Positions 31,848 through 41,327 of a stretch of DNA of 64,000 nucleotides are shown piece after piece. The stretch is taken from contig CAVZZA010000001.1 in assembly GCA_963779615.1 (NCBI GenBank), positions 320,001-384,000 on the forward strand. Direction: 5' to 3'. The stretch comes from an uncultured Nitrososphaeraceae archaeon (GTDB lineage: Archaea > Thermoproteota > Nitrososphaeria > Nitrososphaerales > Nitrososphaeraceae). Below the pieces are notes generated by a model. That model did no database searches. It was not told where the DNA came from and saw nothing but the letters and a program-made list of their open reading frames with translations. The stretch's first letter is position 1. Every line of letters begins with the position of its first letter. The translations under genes and the position numbers were made by a program.

Positions 31848-32193
31848 CCATCCCTAAAACAAATTTTATTTAACATCAAATTGATATACACAAAATTATC
31901 AAAAACCCAATAACATTCGATTTACTCGTCCACCAAAACCAAACCTATATTGCCTTTTTCCATTGAAAGAGATGTTGCTCTTTTACAATTACCAATTTGG
32001 GCTGTTTGCTAAAGTTTGGCCTGAATTTTGGCGCGTCCTAATATACAACGATCTAAACAAAAAATGTCTCAAAACGTATTGGGACAAGATATCAAACATA
32101 CACAAAATAATGATACAGAAGAAAACGGTATTTTTTATTATCCCACCCATATACAGATCTAATATAAGACGCAGTGATTTGTAATCTTTTGAT

Positions 32194-32631
32194 ATGGACA
32201 TGAATTCATGCATTTTTTGTGAAATAATTAATGGAAAAGTCAAGTCAAGAAAAGTATATGAATCAAAGCATTCTTTAGCCCTCCTTGATGCATTCCCACT
32301 TAAAGAAGGACACATATTGATAATCTCAAAGGCACATAAAACAAAGGTTCAAGAACTAGGTAAAGAAGAAAATAATGATATTTTTTCAACATTACACTTT
32401 TTGACTAACCATATTGAAAAAACAGTGGAAAGCAATTCTACACTAATTGCCATTCATAACGGAAAAGAAGCAGGACAAGAAATCCCTCATGTTCATATTC
32501 ATGTAATTCCCATAAAAAAAATCGATAAACCTACTCCAATTCACACCATGTTTAAAAAGGAAAAATTATCAGAAGCAGCACTTGATAAAGTTTGGAAAAA
32601 AATGACAGAAAATATACAACAACAAGGCTAA
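32194..32631 (+). CDS. HIT family hydrolase
   Basis: CIFC, AGQEIPHVHIHVIP. Confidence 0.95.
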   Translation: MDMNSCIFCEIINGKVKSRKVYESKHSLALLDAFPLKEGHILIISKAHKTKVQELGKEENNDIFSTLHFLTNHIEKTVESNSTLIAIHNGKEAGQEIPHVHIHVIPIKKIDKPTPIHTMFKKEKLSEAALDKVWKKMTENIQQQG

Positions 32632-33323
32632 AAAACAGACGGCAAAATATCCGGTAATTCTGACAAAGAATTAATAGAGTACAAAGGTTCCTCTTTTCTA
32701 CTTATTGGCTGTTGAACTTTATATATAGAATTTAAAGTTCTAATAGTTTTTATTCCAAGTTCGTTAGCAGGGCCTATATCTATATCCAATCTATCACCAA
32801 TCATAACACAACATTGTTTAGTTATACATGAATCTTCTATAGCCTTTTTAAAAATTATAGGATTAGGTTTTTTAAAACCAATTTTTTCAGATAAACATAT
32901 GGTTTTAAAATAATGATTAAGGTTATTTTTTACTAAAAGATCAGCAGAACCTGATGAATTGTTACTTATAATACCTAATGAATATGTCTCAGACAATAAT
33001 GGAATAACACTGGGAACCTCGCTATACAATTTAATTAACTTTTTCTTATTTTCTAACAGGTCACTTTTAAGCTTATTAAAAATTATTGAGTCATAACCTT
33101 TTGGAAGCATTAGTTGGGCCATAAATAAAACAATGTCCAAAAAACCTGAAGAACCGATTTTTCTATTAAAGAGGATATTATTTCTCAATGTGAAATAATT
33201 TCGATAATCTATTTTTGCACCATATCCATTGAGAGTTTCAAATAATAATTTGTCGAAATAACTAATATAATTCCACTCATCTATCAGCGTTTGTCCAAGA
33301 TCAAAAAAGATGAAAGGCTTCAT
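32628..33323 (-). CDS. HAD-superfamily hydrolase
   Basis: FFDLGQTL, IISN, KKPNPIIF, IGDRLDIDI. Confidence 0.93.
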   Translation of the reverse strand: MKPFIFFDLGQTLIDEWNYISYFDKLLFETLNGYGAKIDYRNYFTLRNNILFNRKIGSSGFLDIVLFMAQLMLPKGYDSIIFNKLKSDLLENKKKLIKLYSEVPSVIPLLSETYSLGIISNNSSGSADLLVKNNLNHYFKTICLSEKIGFKKPNPIIFKKAIEDSCITKQCCVMIGDRLDIDIGPANELGIKTIRTLNSIYKVQQPISRKEEPLYSINSLSELPDILPSVF

Positions 33324-33514
33324 TCTACTTTGATAATAACACTACAGGCCAATAATTATTGTTATTATGATAATCATCGGCGATAATCATCCATGATTAA
33401 CATGACAACATGCCAAAAAACATCAAAATCAATCCACATTCTTTGGCATTAATGGAAACAGTGTAGAAATATTATATCATGTCGCAATGATTTGTGCATA
33501 TTTCACAATGCGTA

Positions 33515-33530
33515 GTTTATATAATATATT
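33515..33530 (+). promoter_or_regulatory. amoC TATA-box region
   Basis: GTTTATATAATATATT ending 22 nt before the ATG. Identical copy at 36915-36930. Confidence 0.7.
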
Positions 33531-33552
33531 GCAGAAGCATATGTGAAGAAAC

Positions 33553-34116
33553 ATGGCCCAAATGCCAGCATTAATTCCAAAAGAAGTAGAGATTCAGAGG
33601 CTAAAGAAAATATACATAATGGTCATAATGTTGGGTTCAATTGCTGCATCAGTCGAGGTGGACAACTTCGTTGATGGATCATTGCACCAAACAGCCATTA
33701 GAGACAGCGCATTCACACCAGCACACTGGTGGCTGTACAGCCACTTTATCGCACTCCCATTAGGGTGGGGATTTGTTGCGATGTATGACAGGAGAGTTCC
33801 GGCTTTGAGAGGACCAAACAACTCAATGAACACAGGCCTTAAGATAACCATTATCGGTTACCTAGCAACCATGTTCACAATAGGCATCAACGAGTTGTGG
33901 CACTTTTGGTTCGTAGAAGAAATATTCTCAGTACCAAACCATTGGATGTTTAACATGGGTGTAGTGGTAGCCTTTATGGGTGCCCTAGCCTATGTGGTCA
34001 GAGTATACGCTCGTTTGGTAGAACTGGGAGCCGAGACACCAGCAAGGAACCCCTATGTGGCAGAAATGTACAAATTAGCACTCGAGGGAAAACTCTACAG
34101 CAGATCAATCCCATAA
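33553..34116 (+). CDS. amoC: Ammonia monooxygenase subunit C (standalone copy)
   Basis: MAQMPALIPKEVEIQRLKK, DGSLHQTAIRDSAFTPAHWWLYSHF, NELWHFWFVEEIFSVPNHW. Confidence 0.99.
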   Translation: MAQMPALIPKEVEIQRLKKIYIMVIMLGSIAASVEVDNFVDGSLHQTAIRDSAFTPAHWWLYSHFIALPLGWGFVAMYDRRVPALRGPNNSMNTGLKITIIGYLATMFTIGINELWHFWFVEEIFSVPNHWMFNMGVVVAFMGALAYVVRVYARLVELGAETPARNPYVAEMYKLALEGKLYSRSIP

Positions 34117-34117
34117 A

Positions 34118-34151
34118 TTTTTTTTTTGATTTTTGTTTTGTTTTGTTTTTT
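34118..34151 (+). terminator. Oligo-T terminator after amoC
   Basis: Long T tract followed by TTTTG repeats immediately after the stop. Confidence 0.65.
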
Positions 34152-34184
34152 GATGTAGCCCCAATGGCACAAGCATAAAATAGA

Positions 34185-34703
34185 TTATTTGCTGAGTTTC
34201 ATTAACCAATATTGTAATTTAGATGGGTCCATTTCTAAAAGTTGCACATTTGCTTGTTTTAAAATTTCAGCCCCATCTTCCACATATTTAGAAAGAACAA
34301 CAATTTTACTTATTCCAACAGTAATAGCCATTTTGCTGCATTCAATGCACGGAGAGAGTGTGGAATACAATGTAGCATTCCCGGTATTACCTGCATTACC
34401 AAACATAACACACTGCATTATGGCATTTGCTTCCGCATGAACACATATACACCTTTCAAGAAATTCCCCTGATTTAATAACACCGTTAACCCTCTCAAAG
34501 CATCTTTTGCATCCCCCTTCAAAACAATTAATGATTCCCGAGGGAGTACCATTATATCCCGTAGATATTTGTCTATTATTTTTAACCAGAACAGCACCTA
34601 TTTGCCTAGTCAAACAATTCGATCTGGATTTTGCCAAAATAGCCTGAATCATAAAATAGCTATCCCAATTAGGCCTTTCAAAAGGTTCGTATGATTCTGT
34701 CAC
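34185..34703 (-). CDS. dCMP deaminase family protein
   Basis: RPNWDSYFM, RSNC, GYNG, HAEANA, PCIEC. Confidence 0.95.
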   Translation of the reverse strand: MTESYEPFERPNWDSYFMIQAILAKSRSNCLTRQIGAVLVKNNRQISTGYNGTPSGIINCFEGGCKRCFERVNGVIKSGEFLERCICVHAEANAIMQCVMFGNAGNTGNATLYSTLSPCIECSKMAITVGISKIVVLSKYVEDGAEILKQANVQLLEMDPSKLQYWLMKLSK

Positions 34704-35028
34704 AGGTAGTAATTAAGACAACACAATAATATATAAAATATAACGCAATAACTAGATATTAGTAGTTAATTTTTTAATTTATATAAATTCTTTATTTATT
34801 TTTTAACAAGGAGTGAGCTAAAAAAAGTCATTTATAGAATTTTAATAAACGAGAAAGGCTCAAAGTTATAAAGTTTGAGCTGTGTCTAGATACTAATACA
34901 AAAGATTATTTACAAAGCGAGATACTAAGCGTATTAAGCATCGTATGAAATATTTTTTGCATAAGTATAATGCAATAAATCTAAAATATAATTATTTTAT
35001 ATAAATGGAATTAAACAAGTAAATTTGG

Positions 35029-35187
35029 TTATTTACTTTCTGTTTTTTTAATTCCTCCTATTTTAAACATTTTTGTATTACACACACTACATGTGCCTTG
35101 AGTAGCAGGTCTTCCATTTTTCATAGTAACTTGTTTTTCATCTTTCATTTCTCTTTTTGCTTTACATTTAACACAATATCCTTCCAT
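35029..35187 (-). CDS. Small basic Zn-ribbon protein (DUF5679-like)
   Basis: MEGYCVKCKAKREM...KNGRPATQGTCSVCNTKMFKIG, 52 aa from ATG 35187. Confidence 0.85.
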   Translation of the reverse strand: MEGYCVKCKAKREMKDEKQVTMKNGRPATQGTCSVCNTKMFKIGGIKKTESK

Positions 35188-35341
35188 CTGATTAACCTTC
35201 TGCAAGTGTAGATAAAATACATGTGGTATAAAATTATTATCATAAAGATAAGCTAAAATTTTAGCAAAATAGCATCTATAAAAGATCAAATTAAAATTTA
35301 TTACGATATTTTAAAATAGTTATAATTTTAACAAAGGTATA

Positions 35342-36667
35342 GTGGAAACCAAAGAATTATACCATAATATTTTAAAGTTAATAAAAGACCATCATAACTG
35401 GTTCAATAATTCCATTCCATTAATAGCCAGTGAAAATATACCAAGCCCTGCGGTAAGAGAGGCAGTTGTATCGGATTTTGGAAATAGATATGCAGAAGGA
35501 TGGCCAGGTGAAAGAGTATATGCAGGCTGTACATATATCGATAAAGTTGAAAACATATGTAATGAATTAGCAAGAAAAGTCTTTAGATCTGAATTTGCTG
35601 ACTGCAGGGCGACATCAGGCGTTGTTGCCAATTTAGCAATTTATTCAGCATTCTCAAATCCCGGCGACCATATGATTGCATCATCCATACCTAGTGGTGG
35701 CCACATTTCCCATGGAAAAAAAGAACATTCAGGAACAGCAGGACTGGTACATGGTCTACTAATAGAGCATTTTCCATTTTCCAAAGAATATATGACCATA
35801 GATGTGGATCTGACCAAGAAAAAAATTGAAATTATGGCTCAAGAGGGAAAAGCTCCAAAAATTGCAATGTTTGGTGGCAGTCTTTTCTTATTCCCCCATC
35901 CAGTAAAAGAATTATCAGACTTTTTACGCAATTACAACATCTATATTAACTACGATGGGGCTCATGTAGCTGGGTTAATTGCAGGAAACCAATTTCAAGA
36001 CCCTTTGAGAGAAGGTGTGGATTCTATGACTATGAGTTCCCATAAAACTTTATGGGGACCGCAAGGAGGTATAATAGTTTCACTTGAGAAATATGGAGAA
36101 TCTATCAAAAAGGCGATATTTCCTGGTAACACGAGTAGTCATCATTTACACCATGTTGCTGGGAAAGCCATTGCTTTGGCAGAAATAATGGAATTTGGTG
36201 AACAATATGCAAAACAGGTTATCAAAAATGCAAAAATGCTAGCTTATTCTTTAGCAAATTTTGGATTTAACGTATTGGGTGAAAAAAGAGGATATACAGA
36301 ATCGCATCAATTAGCAGTAGATGTCTCCAAATATGGGGATGGGGGGAACATTGAAAAAAACCTTGAAAAATGCAATATAATATTAAATAGACAACTTCTG
36401 CCAGGAGACATAAAGGAAGGAAAAAACTATTTGCACCCTAGTGGAATAAGGATTGGAGTACCTGAGGTAACAAGACTGGGTATGAAGGAAAATGAAATGT
36501 ATGAAATAGCGACATTTATAAAAAAAATAGTTATTGATAAACAAGATAATGGTAAAGTTTTGCAAGACGTAATAGAATTTAGGAAAAACTTTCAAAAGGT
36601 ACAATATGCGTTTGATAATGAAACTGCAGCTTATGAGCATATACAATTAGTAAATAAGAGTAAATAA
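35342..36667 (+). CDS. glyA: Serine hydroxymethyltransferase
   Basis: LIASEN, RYAEG, GGHISH, YDGAH, SSHKTLWGPQGG, SGIRIG. Confidence 0.98.
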   Translation: METKELYHNILKLIKDHHNWFNNSIPLIASENIPSPAVREAVVSDFGNRYAEGWPGERVYAGCTYIDKVENICNELARKVFRSEFADCRATSGVVANLAIYSAFSNPGDHMIASSIPSGGHISHGKKEHSGTAGLVHGLLIEHFPFSKEYMTIDVDLTKKKIEIMAQEGKAPKIAMFGGSLFLFPHPVKELSDFLRNYNIYINYDGAHVAGLIAGNQFQDPLREGVDSMTMSSHKTLWGPQGGIIVSLEKYGESIKKAIFPGNTSSHHLHHVAGKAIALAEIMEFGEQYAKQVIKNAKMLAYSLANFGFNVLGEKRGYTESHQLAVDVSKYGDGGNIEKNLEKCNIILNRQLLPGDIKEGKNYLHPSGIRIGVPEVTRLGMKENEMYEIATFIKKIVIDKQDNGKVLQDVIEFRKNFQKVQYAFDNETAAYEHIQLVNKSK

Positions 36668-36914
36668 TACTTCTTTTATTTTAAAAATATTTGTTTTATA
36701 CATACAGATTTAGGTTAAATTTGCATTCACCACTTTCACAAATTTAACTAAAAGAATAAAAAACTGTGTGAGAACATAGTTTAAGAAAATCATTATTCCC
36801 TAAATAAAAAAACAATACATACGAAATTTATTTAAGATTAATTTAAAGAATCTTTTTCAAAGGCGAGATTGCATAATGAATAAAAATTTTTCATACAAAT
36901 ACTTTCTACACATG

Positions 36915-36930
36915 GTTTATATAATATATT
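36915..36930 (+). promoter_or_regulatory. Ferredoxin TATA-box region identical to that of amoC
   Basis: GTTTATATAATATATT ending 24 nt before ATG 36955. Confidence 0.7.
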
Positions 36931-36954
36931 AGGTCAACTACCCTTAGAAAAAAT

Positions 36955-37491
36955 ATGCCAATCGATCCAGATTTTCCAAAGAGTCATCAAGTAATCGGCC
37001 AAATAAAACACTCCGATGGTGAACATTATCACTATCTTTGGGGTCCAGGCAAGCTAGGCGAAGCGGCTGAAAACGCAGAAGTTAAAGAGGCTTTTCAAGC
37101 AAAAGGAGAACCGTTAGAGCCAATAGGCGTTAGTGGTACCATGGTTGCAGTAGATTGGGATTCATGTGTAGCGGATGGAGCATGCATAGAAGCTTGTCCT
37201 GTGCAAGTTTTTCAATGGTATAGGACTGAACATGACGTTCCAGCCAAAGAGGCAATAAATATGGAATTTGCAGGTGAGGGTTCATCAGTAAAAGAGGAAA
37301 GAAAAGATTTTACTGACAAAGCTGATCCAATTAGAGAGCATGATTGCATATGGTGTATGGCATGCGTATCCGTATGTCCCCCTCAAGCTATCAAAGTCGA
37401 TCAATCAAACCAGGAATTTCATGAAAAAGCCGCTGGAACATTTAATGAAGCATTGTCAAAAGGGAGTGCACCACCACCTCATGCACACTAA
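36955..37491 (+). CDS. Dicluster ferredoxin of the Zn-ferredoxin (Zfx)-like type
   Basis: VDWDSCVADGACIEACP and CIWCMACVSVCP. His-rich N-terminal extension HSDGEHYH. Confidence 0.93.
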   Translation: MPIDPDFPKSHQVIGQIKHSDGEHYHYLWGPGKLGEAAENAEVKEAFQAKGEPLEPIGVSGTMVAVDWDSCVADGACIEACPVQVFQWYRTEHDVPAKEAINMEFAGEGSSVKEERKDFTDKADPIREHDCIWCMACVSVCPPQAIKVDQSNQEFHEKAAGTFNEALSKGSAPPPHAH

Positions 37492-37557
37492 AATATTTTT
37501 TAGTTTGCGTTAATTTAGTTCTAAAAATTTAAAACTAAATAATAAATTATATAATAT

Positions 37558-37899
37558 TTACCAAGTCATCCAAGATTCTAGAGACAGTAAAAAGGATTTT
37601 AGTATAGTTAGAGATCTTTTTGATAATGTTATTTCACTATCGGTGATAACTTTATCAATGCACCTAACAAATAAAATCAAAGGAGAAGAAAATGATTCTA
37701 ATTTTGTCCAATTATCGTCATTACAGGCGTTCAAGATTATATCAACTTTTTGATCATAATACTTGGATAACAAATCAACTATATTTTCAGTCTCTGCACA
37801 TGATACTGAATGATTCATTAAAAAAGATTTAAGGTTGTTTGAATTAATAATTAAAGAATCCTTATAATGGCATTGTATTGATTTAGGTTTACGAGTCAT
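37558..37899 (-). CDS. Hypothetical protein downstream of gatE
   Basis: ATG 1 nt after the gatE stop, 113 aa, ends LESWMTW. Confidence 0.7.
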   Translation of the reverse strand: MTRKPKSIQCHYKDSLIINSNNLKSFLMNHSVSCAETENIVDLLSKYYDQKVDIILNACNDDNWTKLESFSSPLILFVRCIDKVITDSEITLSKRSLTILKSFLLSLESWMTW

Positions 37900-37900
37900 A

Positions 37901-39832
37901 TCATTCAGGCAATTCATTATTAATAAAGCGTTCTAGTTTCTTTTTCAAACATTCGTTGATTTTATATCCATCGACTTTTCCTCTTAATAGAACCATGCTT
38001 TTACCCATAAGGGCACCAATTGAATTAACGCCTTTTTCTTTAATAACACGAACATTGTCCTTTAATATTTCATCCAATACATTATTTAACTCAGCATCAT
38101 TTATTTCGTTTAAATTTAATAAATCAAGTGCATCTTTTACAGATCTGGATTCTTTTTTCATAATTTTTTCAAAGATCAAGTTTACAGACTCTTTAGCTAT
38201 AGAGCCTTTATCAAGTTTATCAAATATTTCAACAAGCATATCATCTGTTAGTAATGATTTATCCAGACTAGTTCTTGAAAGGCCCACTATGTCTTCTGTA
38301 AGTTTAGAAGCAATAAAAGTTGGTGTAATATTTTTTGAAACTGAAACGATTTTTTCGAAAATATCATAGTATTGAGAATCAAAAATATGTTCAGATAATT
38401 TCTTATTTAATGAATATTTCTGCATTATTTGATTAATCAATTCACTCCAAGACAAAGGGGTTTTTTGTTTAAGATCAAAGAGTAACTTTGAATCTACAGG
38501 AATAGGCAATATATCAGTTTCAGGATACATTCTAGATGAGCCAGGACGAGGTCGAGAAAAAATGGTAGAGCCATCCATAGTCGCAGACCGTGTTTCTGCA
38601 ATTACACCGTGCTTAAACTGACGTATTCGTCGTATTAACGGGTCGCATACAACATTTATTTTTTTTTCTTCACCTCCAATAATCAAAAAAGCATCACTAT
38701 CAGAGAGACCAAGTAGTTCTTTGACATTTTTAACATCGTTATCGCCAATCCCATAATTTGGCAATTCATCGGAATGAAAAATACCGCCCAAACCAAAAAA
38801 TCTAACATATTCACCTAATTCTTTGCCTAAACGAATACCACCAACGGGTTCATAGCCAATCAACCCACCTAATCCTCTAAGCCTGATTGCTAGGAAAATG
38901 GAATTTGAATCTTTTAAAATTTTCTTAACGATATTGGAAGACGAATTTTTGAATAAATAGGTTATATCTTTACTTCTGTCCCCTATAAATTCATCATCTA
39001 TATTCCTTTTCTTAAACTCCTCGGCGATTTTTATTAATCCAAATTGCCTCTTTGTTTCGTAATCTAGAACTTTGACTAGTTGGGATATTTGTTGAACGCC
39101 TTTAACTTCAACAACCTGTCCATCATTAACAGAGATATTTACATCTTGCCTTATACTCCCAAGTCCCCTCGACACACGCCTGCTACTACGTAACAATCTA
39201 CCGAGTGTTAACGCTACATTTACAATGTCATCGGGTTTTCCAGATACAGGTTCAAGAGCTATTTCCACTAATGGAATACCAAGCCTATCAAGACCATATT
39301 CCTTATACAATTTTGTATGAGGCAATAATTTTGCTGCATCCTCTTCTAAACAAATGCTTTGAACTCCTATCTCTTTAAAATTATCAACTTTTAAGTGGCC
39401 ACCAGATGAGATAAGCATAGTTCTTTGAAATCCACTAGTATTTGATCCATCAATTACAATTTTTCTCATGACATGAATTTCATCAACTACGTTTGAGTGC
39501 AAGGCAAGCGAAAACAATAAAACTGTTTCTAGCGCATCTCTATTGACATCATGAGGGGGCTCTTCATCGGCTTCTACCAAACAGCTTAACCCGATCCTAG
39601 AATAATACTTTATTGTGTTCATCTTTGAGTATTCGAATAATGCAGCTTTATCAAAATTACCTAATTCGCTTTTGGTAGGCCTTAAAATGCGTATAAAGTT
39701 ACAATCATAACTACCATTTGCTTCCATACATTTACAATTACAAAATAGTTTAGATTTCGTTTTTAATTGCTGATGTATTTCAAATCCAACCTTTACCTTT
39801 AACTTATCAAAATCAGAGTCCATTAAGGTCAT
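37901..39832 (-). CDS. gatE: Glu-tRNA(Gln) amidotransferase subunit E
   Basis: VGFEIHQQL, KLFC, DEEPPH, DGSNTSGFQRT, LDRLGIPLVEI, RMYPETD. Confidence 0.98.
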   Translation of the reverse strand: MTLMDSDFDKLKVKVGFEIHQQLKTKSKLFCNCKCMEANGSYDCNFIRILRPTKSELGNFDKAALFEYSKMNTIKYYSRIGLSCLVEADEEPPHDVNRDALETVLLFSLALHSNVVDEIHVMRKIVIDGSNTSGFQRTMLISSGGHLKVDNFKEIGVQSICLEEDAAKLLPHTKLYKEYGLDRLGIPLVEIALEPVSGKPDDIVNVALTLGRLLRSSRRVSRGLGSIRQDVNISVNDGQVVEVKGVQQISQLVKVLDYETKRQFGLIKIAEEFKKRNIDDEFIGDRSKDITYLFKNSSSNIVKKILKDSNSIFLAIRLRGLGGLIGYEPVGGIRLGKELGEYVRFFGLGGIFHSDELPNYGIGDNDVKNVKELLGLSDSDAFLIIGGEEKKINVVCDPLIRRIRQFKHGVIAETRSATMDGSTIFSRPRPGSSRMYPETDILPIPVDSKLLFDLKQKTPLSWSELINQIMQKYSLNKKLSEHIFDSQYYDIFEKIVSVSKNITPTFIASKLTEDIVGLSRTSLDKSLLTDDMLVEIFDKLDKGSIAKESVNLIFEKIMKKESRSVKDALDLLNLNEINDAELNNVLDEILKDNVRVIKEKGVNSIGALMGKSMVLLRGKVDGYKINECLKKKLERFINNELPE

Positions 39833-39844
39833 TCCAAATATTGA

Positions 39845-41284
39845 TTAGAAAATCAGAGGGGATGTATCAGAGACTTCGTTTGATACATTGATTTTCATTA
39901 TTTCGACTAAATCTTTCATATTTGAACTGTTACTTAACGCCCACATAGCTTTGACTATTGCGGTCTCAGAACCCATATCCGATAATGGAATAATACCGAG
40001 ATCTAAAAGATCCCTACCTGTGTCATAAACAGTCATTTGCACTCTTCCATAAATACATTGAGACGTCATGAATATAACAATGCCAGCATTTATCAATTTT
40101 TCAAGGTAAGGAAAACAGTTTTTATTAATATGCCCAAGCCCAGTTCCCTCCAATATAATGACTTTATATTCGAAATTTAAAAAGTGATCCAGAAAAGCAG
40201 GGTCAAAACCAGGGTAGAATTTTAATAAAAACACTCTATCATCAAAGGATGTTTTTGAAATGAACTTTTTTGTGATATTACTACCTTCGCTAATTCTTTT
40301 TAAATCGGTGTTACATACAATCTCGGAATTATCAATTAATGCAAAAGGGATAGAATCTAACGATTGAAAAGCATTACGTTTGCTAGTATGATTTTTCCGT
40401 AATCTAGTTCCTAGATGGCATGCAATAATGTTATCTGATGGGGTATGGTGCATGCATACAAAAATGCCAGTAAATTTAGTTTTTGTAATAAATTTTATTG
40501 CGCCTAATAAATTAGTGAATGCATCCGATGAAGGCCTATCGGATGATCGTTGTGACCCTACTAAAACAACGGGAATAGACAAATTTTGTAGTGCAAAGCT
40601 CATTGCGGAAGATGTATAATGTATTGTGTCTGTTCCATGCGATACAATAATCCCATCGAAATGCTCATTTAGAATAGCATAGGATACTCTTTCTGATAAA
40701 AGAGACCAATGATTTGGAGTCAAGTTTTCGCTGTACTCATTAAATAAAAACTCTGGAAAAATTGATGCGTAATTGGAAATCTCAGGAAAAATCTCATAAA
40801 GCTCAGATGCGTTCAAAATAGAGGTAACTCCACCTGTTCTATAATCAATTTTGCTAGCAATAGTTCCACCTGTACTAAGAATCAAAATTTTTGGTAACGA
40901 TTCATGCGTATGGGATTCGTCACAACTATAATTATTTTCTTTTGGTTGAATAAAGTTTTTGGAATGCTCCTCAATTCGAGAATTATTATTTAACGAGACA
41001 TTCATAGAATCACTTAATGAATTATCACTTGTAATATTTTTAATATTTTCTATTAAAATGCCAATGTTATAACCACTTTTGAGTTTTATTACAATATAGT
41101 CATCATTAAAAGACTCATACCTAGGCATAATTATGCCATCATAGTCACCTTTAATTGACAGTAATTTAACGCTATCACCAATTTTTACCTTATATTTGTG
41201 TAACAATTGTTGAGATTTATTAATATAATCATCTTGTACATTATCAGAATTTAAGTCATATGTAAATTTTTTTTTCAACCACAT
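39845..41284 (-). CDS. gatD: Glu-tRNA(Gln) amidotransferase subunit D
   Basis: KLKSGYNIG, STGGTIASKIDYRTG, HGTDT, QRSSDRPSSD. Confidence 0.97.
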   Translation of the reverse strand: MWLKKKFTYDLNSDNVQDDYINKSQQLLHKYKVKIGDSVKLLSIKGDYDGIIMPRYESFNDDYIVIKLKSGYNIGILIENIKNITSDNSLSDSMNVSLNNNSRIEEHSKNFIQPKENNYSCDESHTHESLPKILILSTGGTIASKIDYRTGGVTSILNASELYEIFPEISNYASIFPEFLFNEYSENLTPNHWSLLSERVSYAILNEHFDGIIVSHGTDTIHYTSSAMSFALQNLSIPVVLVGSQRSSDRPSSDAFTNLLGAIKFITKTKFTGIFVCMHHTPSDNIIACHLGTRLRKNHTSKRNAFQSLDSIPFALIDNSEIVCNTDLKRISEGSNITKKFISKTSFDDRVFLLKFYPGFDPAFLDHFLNFEYKVIILEGTGLGHINKNCFPYLEKLINAGIVIFMTSQCIYGRVQMTVYDTGRDLLDLGIIPLSDMGSETAIVKAMWALSNSSNMKDLVEIMKINVSNEVSDTSPLIF

Positions 41285-41327
41285 AATGTGAAATAATATA
41301 AATATATATATTTAGATATTAGATATC

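Noticed and set aside
31963-32315. ORFs 31963-32184 (+) and 31989-32315 (-)
   Set aside because: No recognisable motif, and the second overlaps the HIT gene. A small real gene here cannot be excluded.
34858-34880. Hairpin GCTCAAA-N9-TTTGAGC
   Set aside because: Single 7-bp stem with no further structure. Not enough to call an ncRNA or operator.
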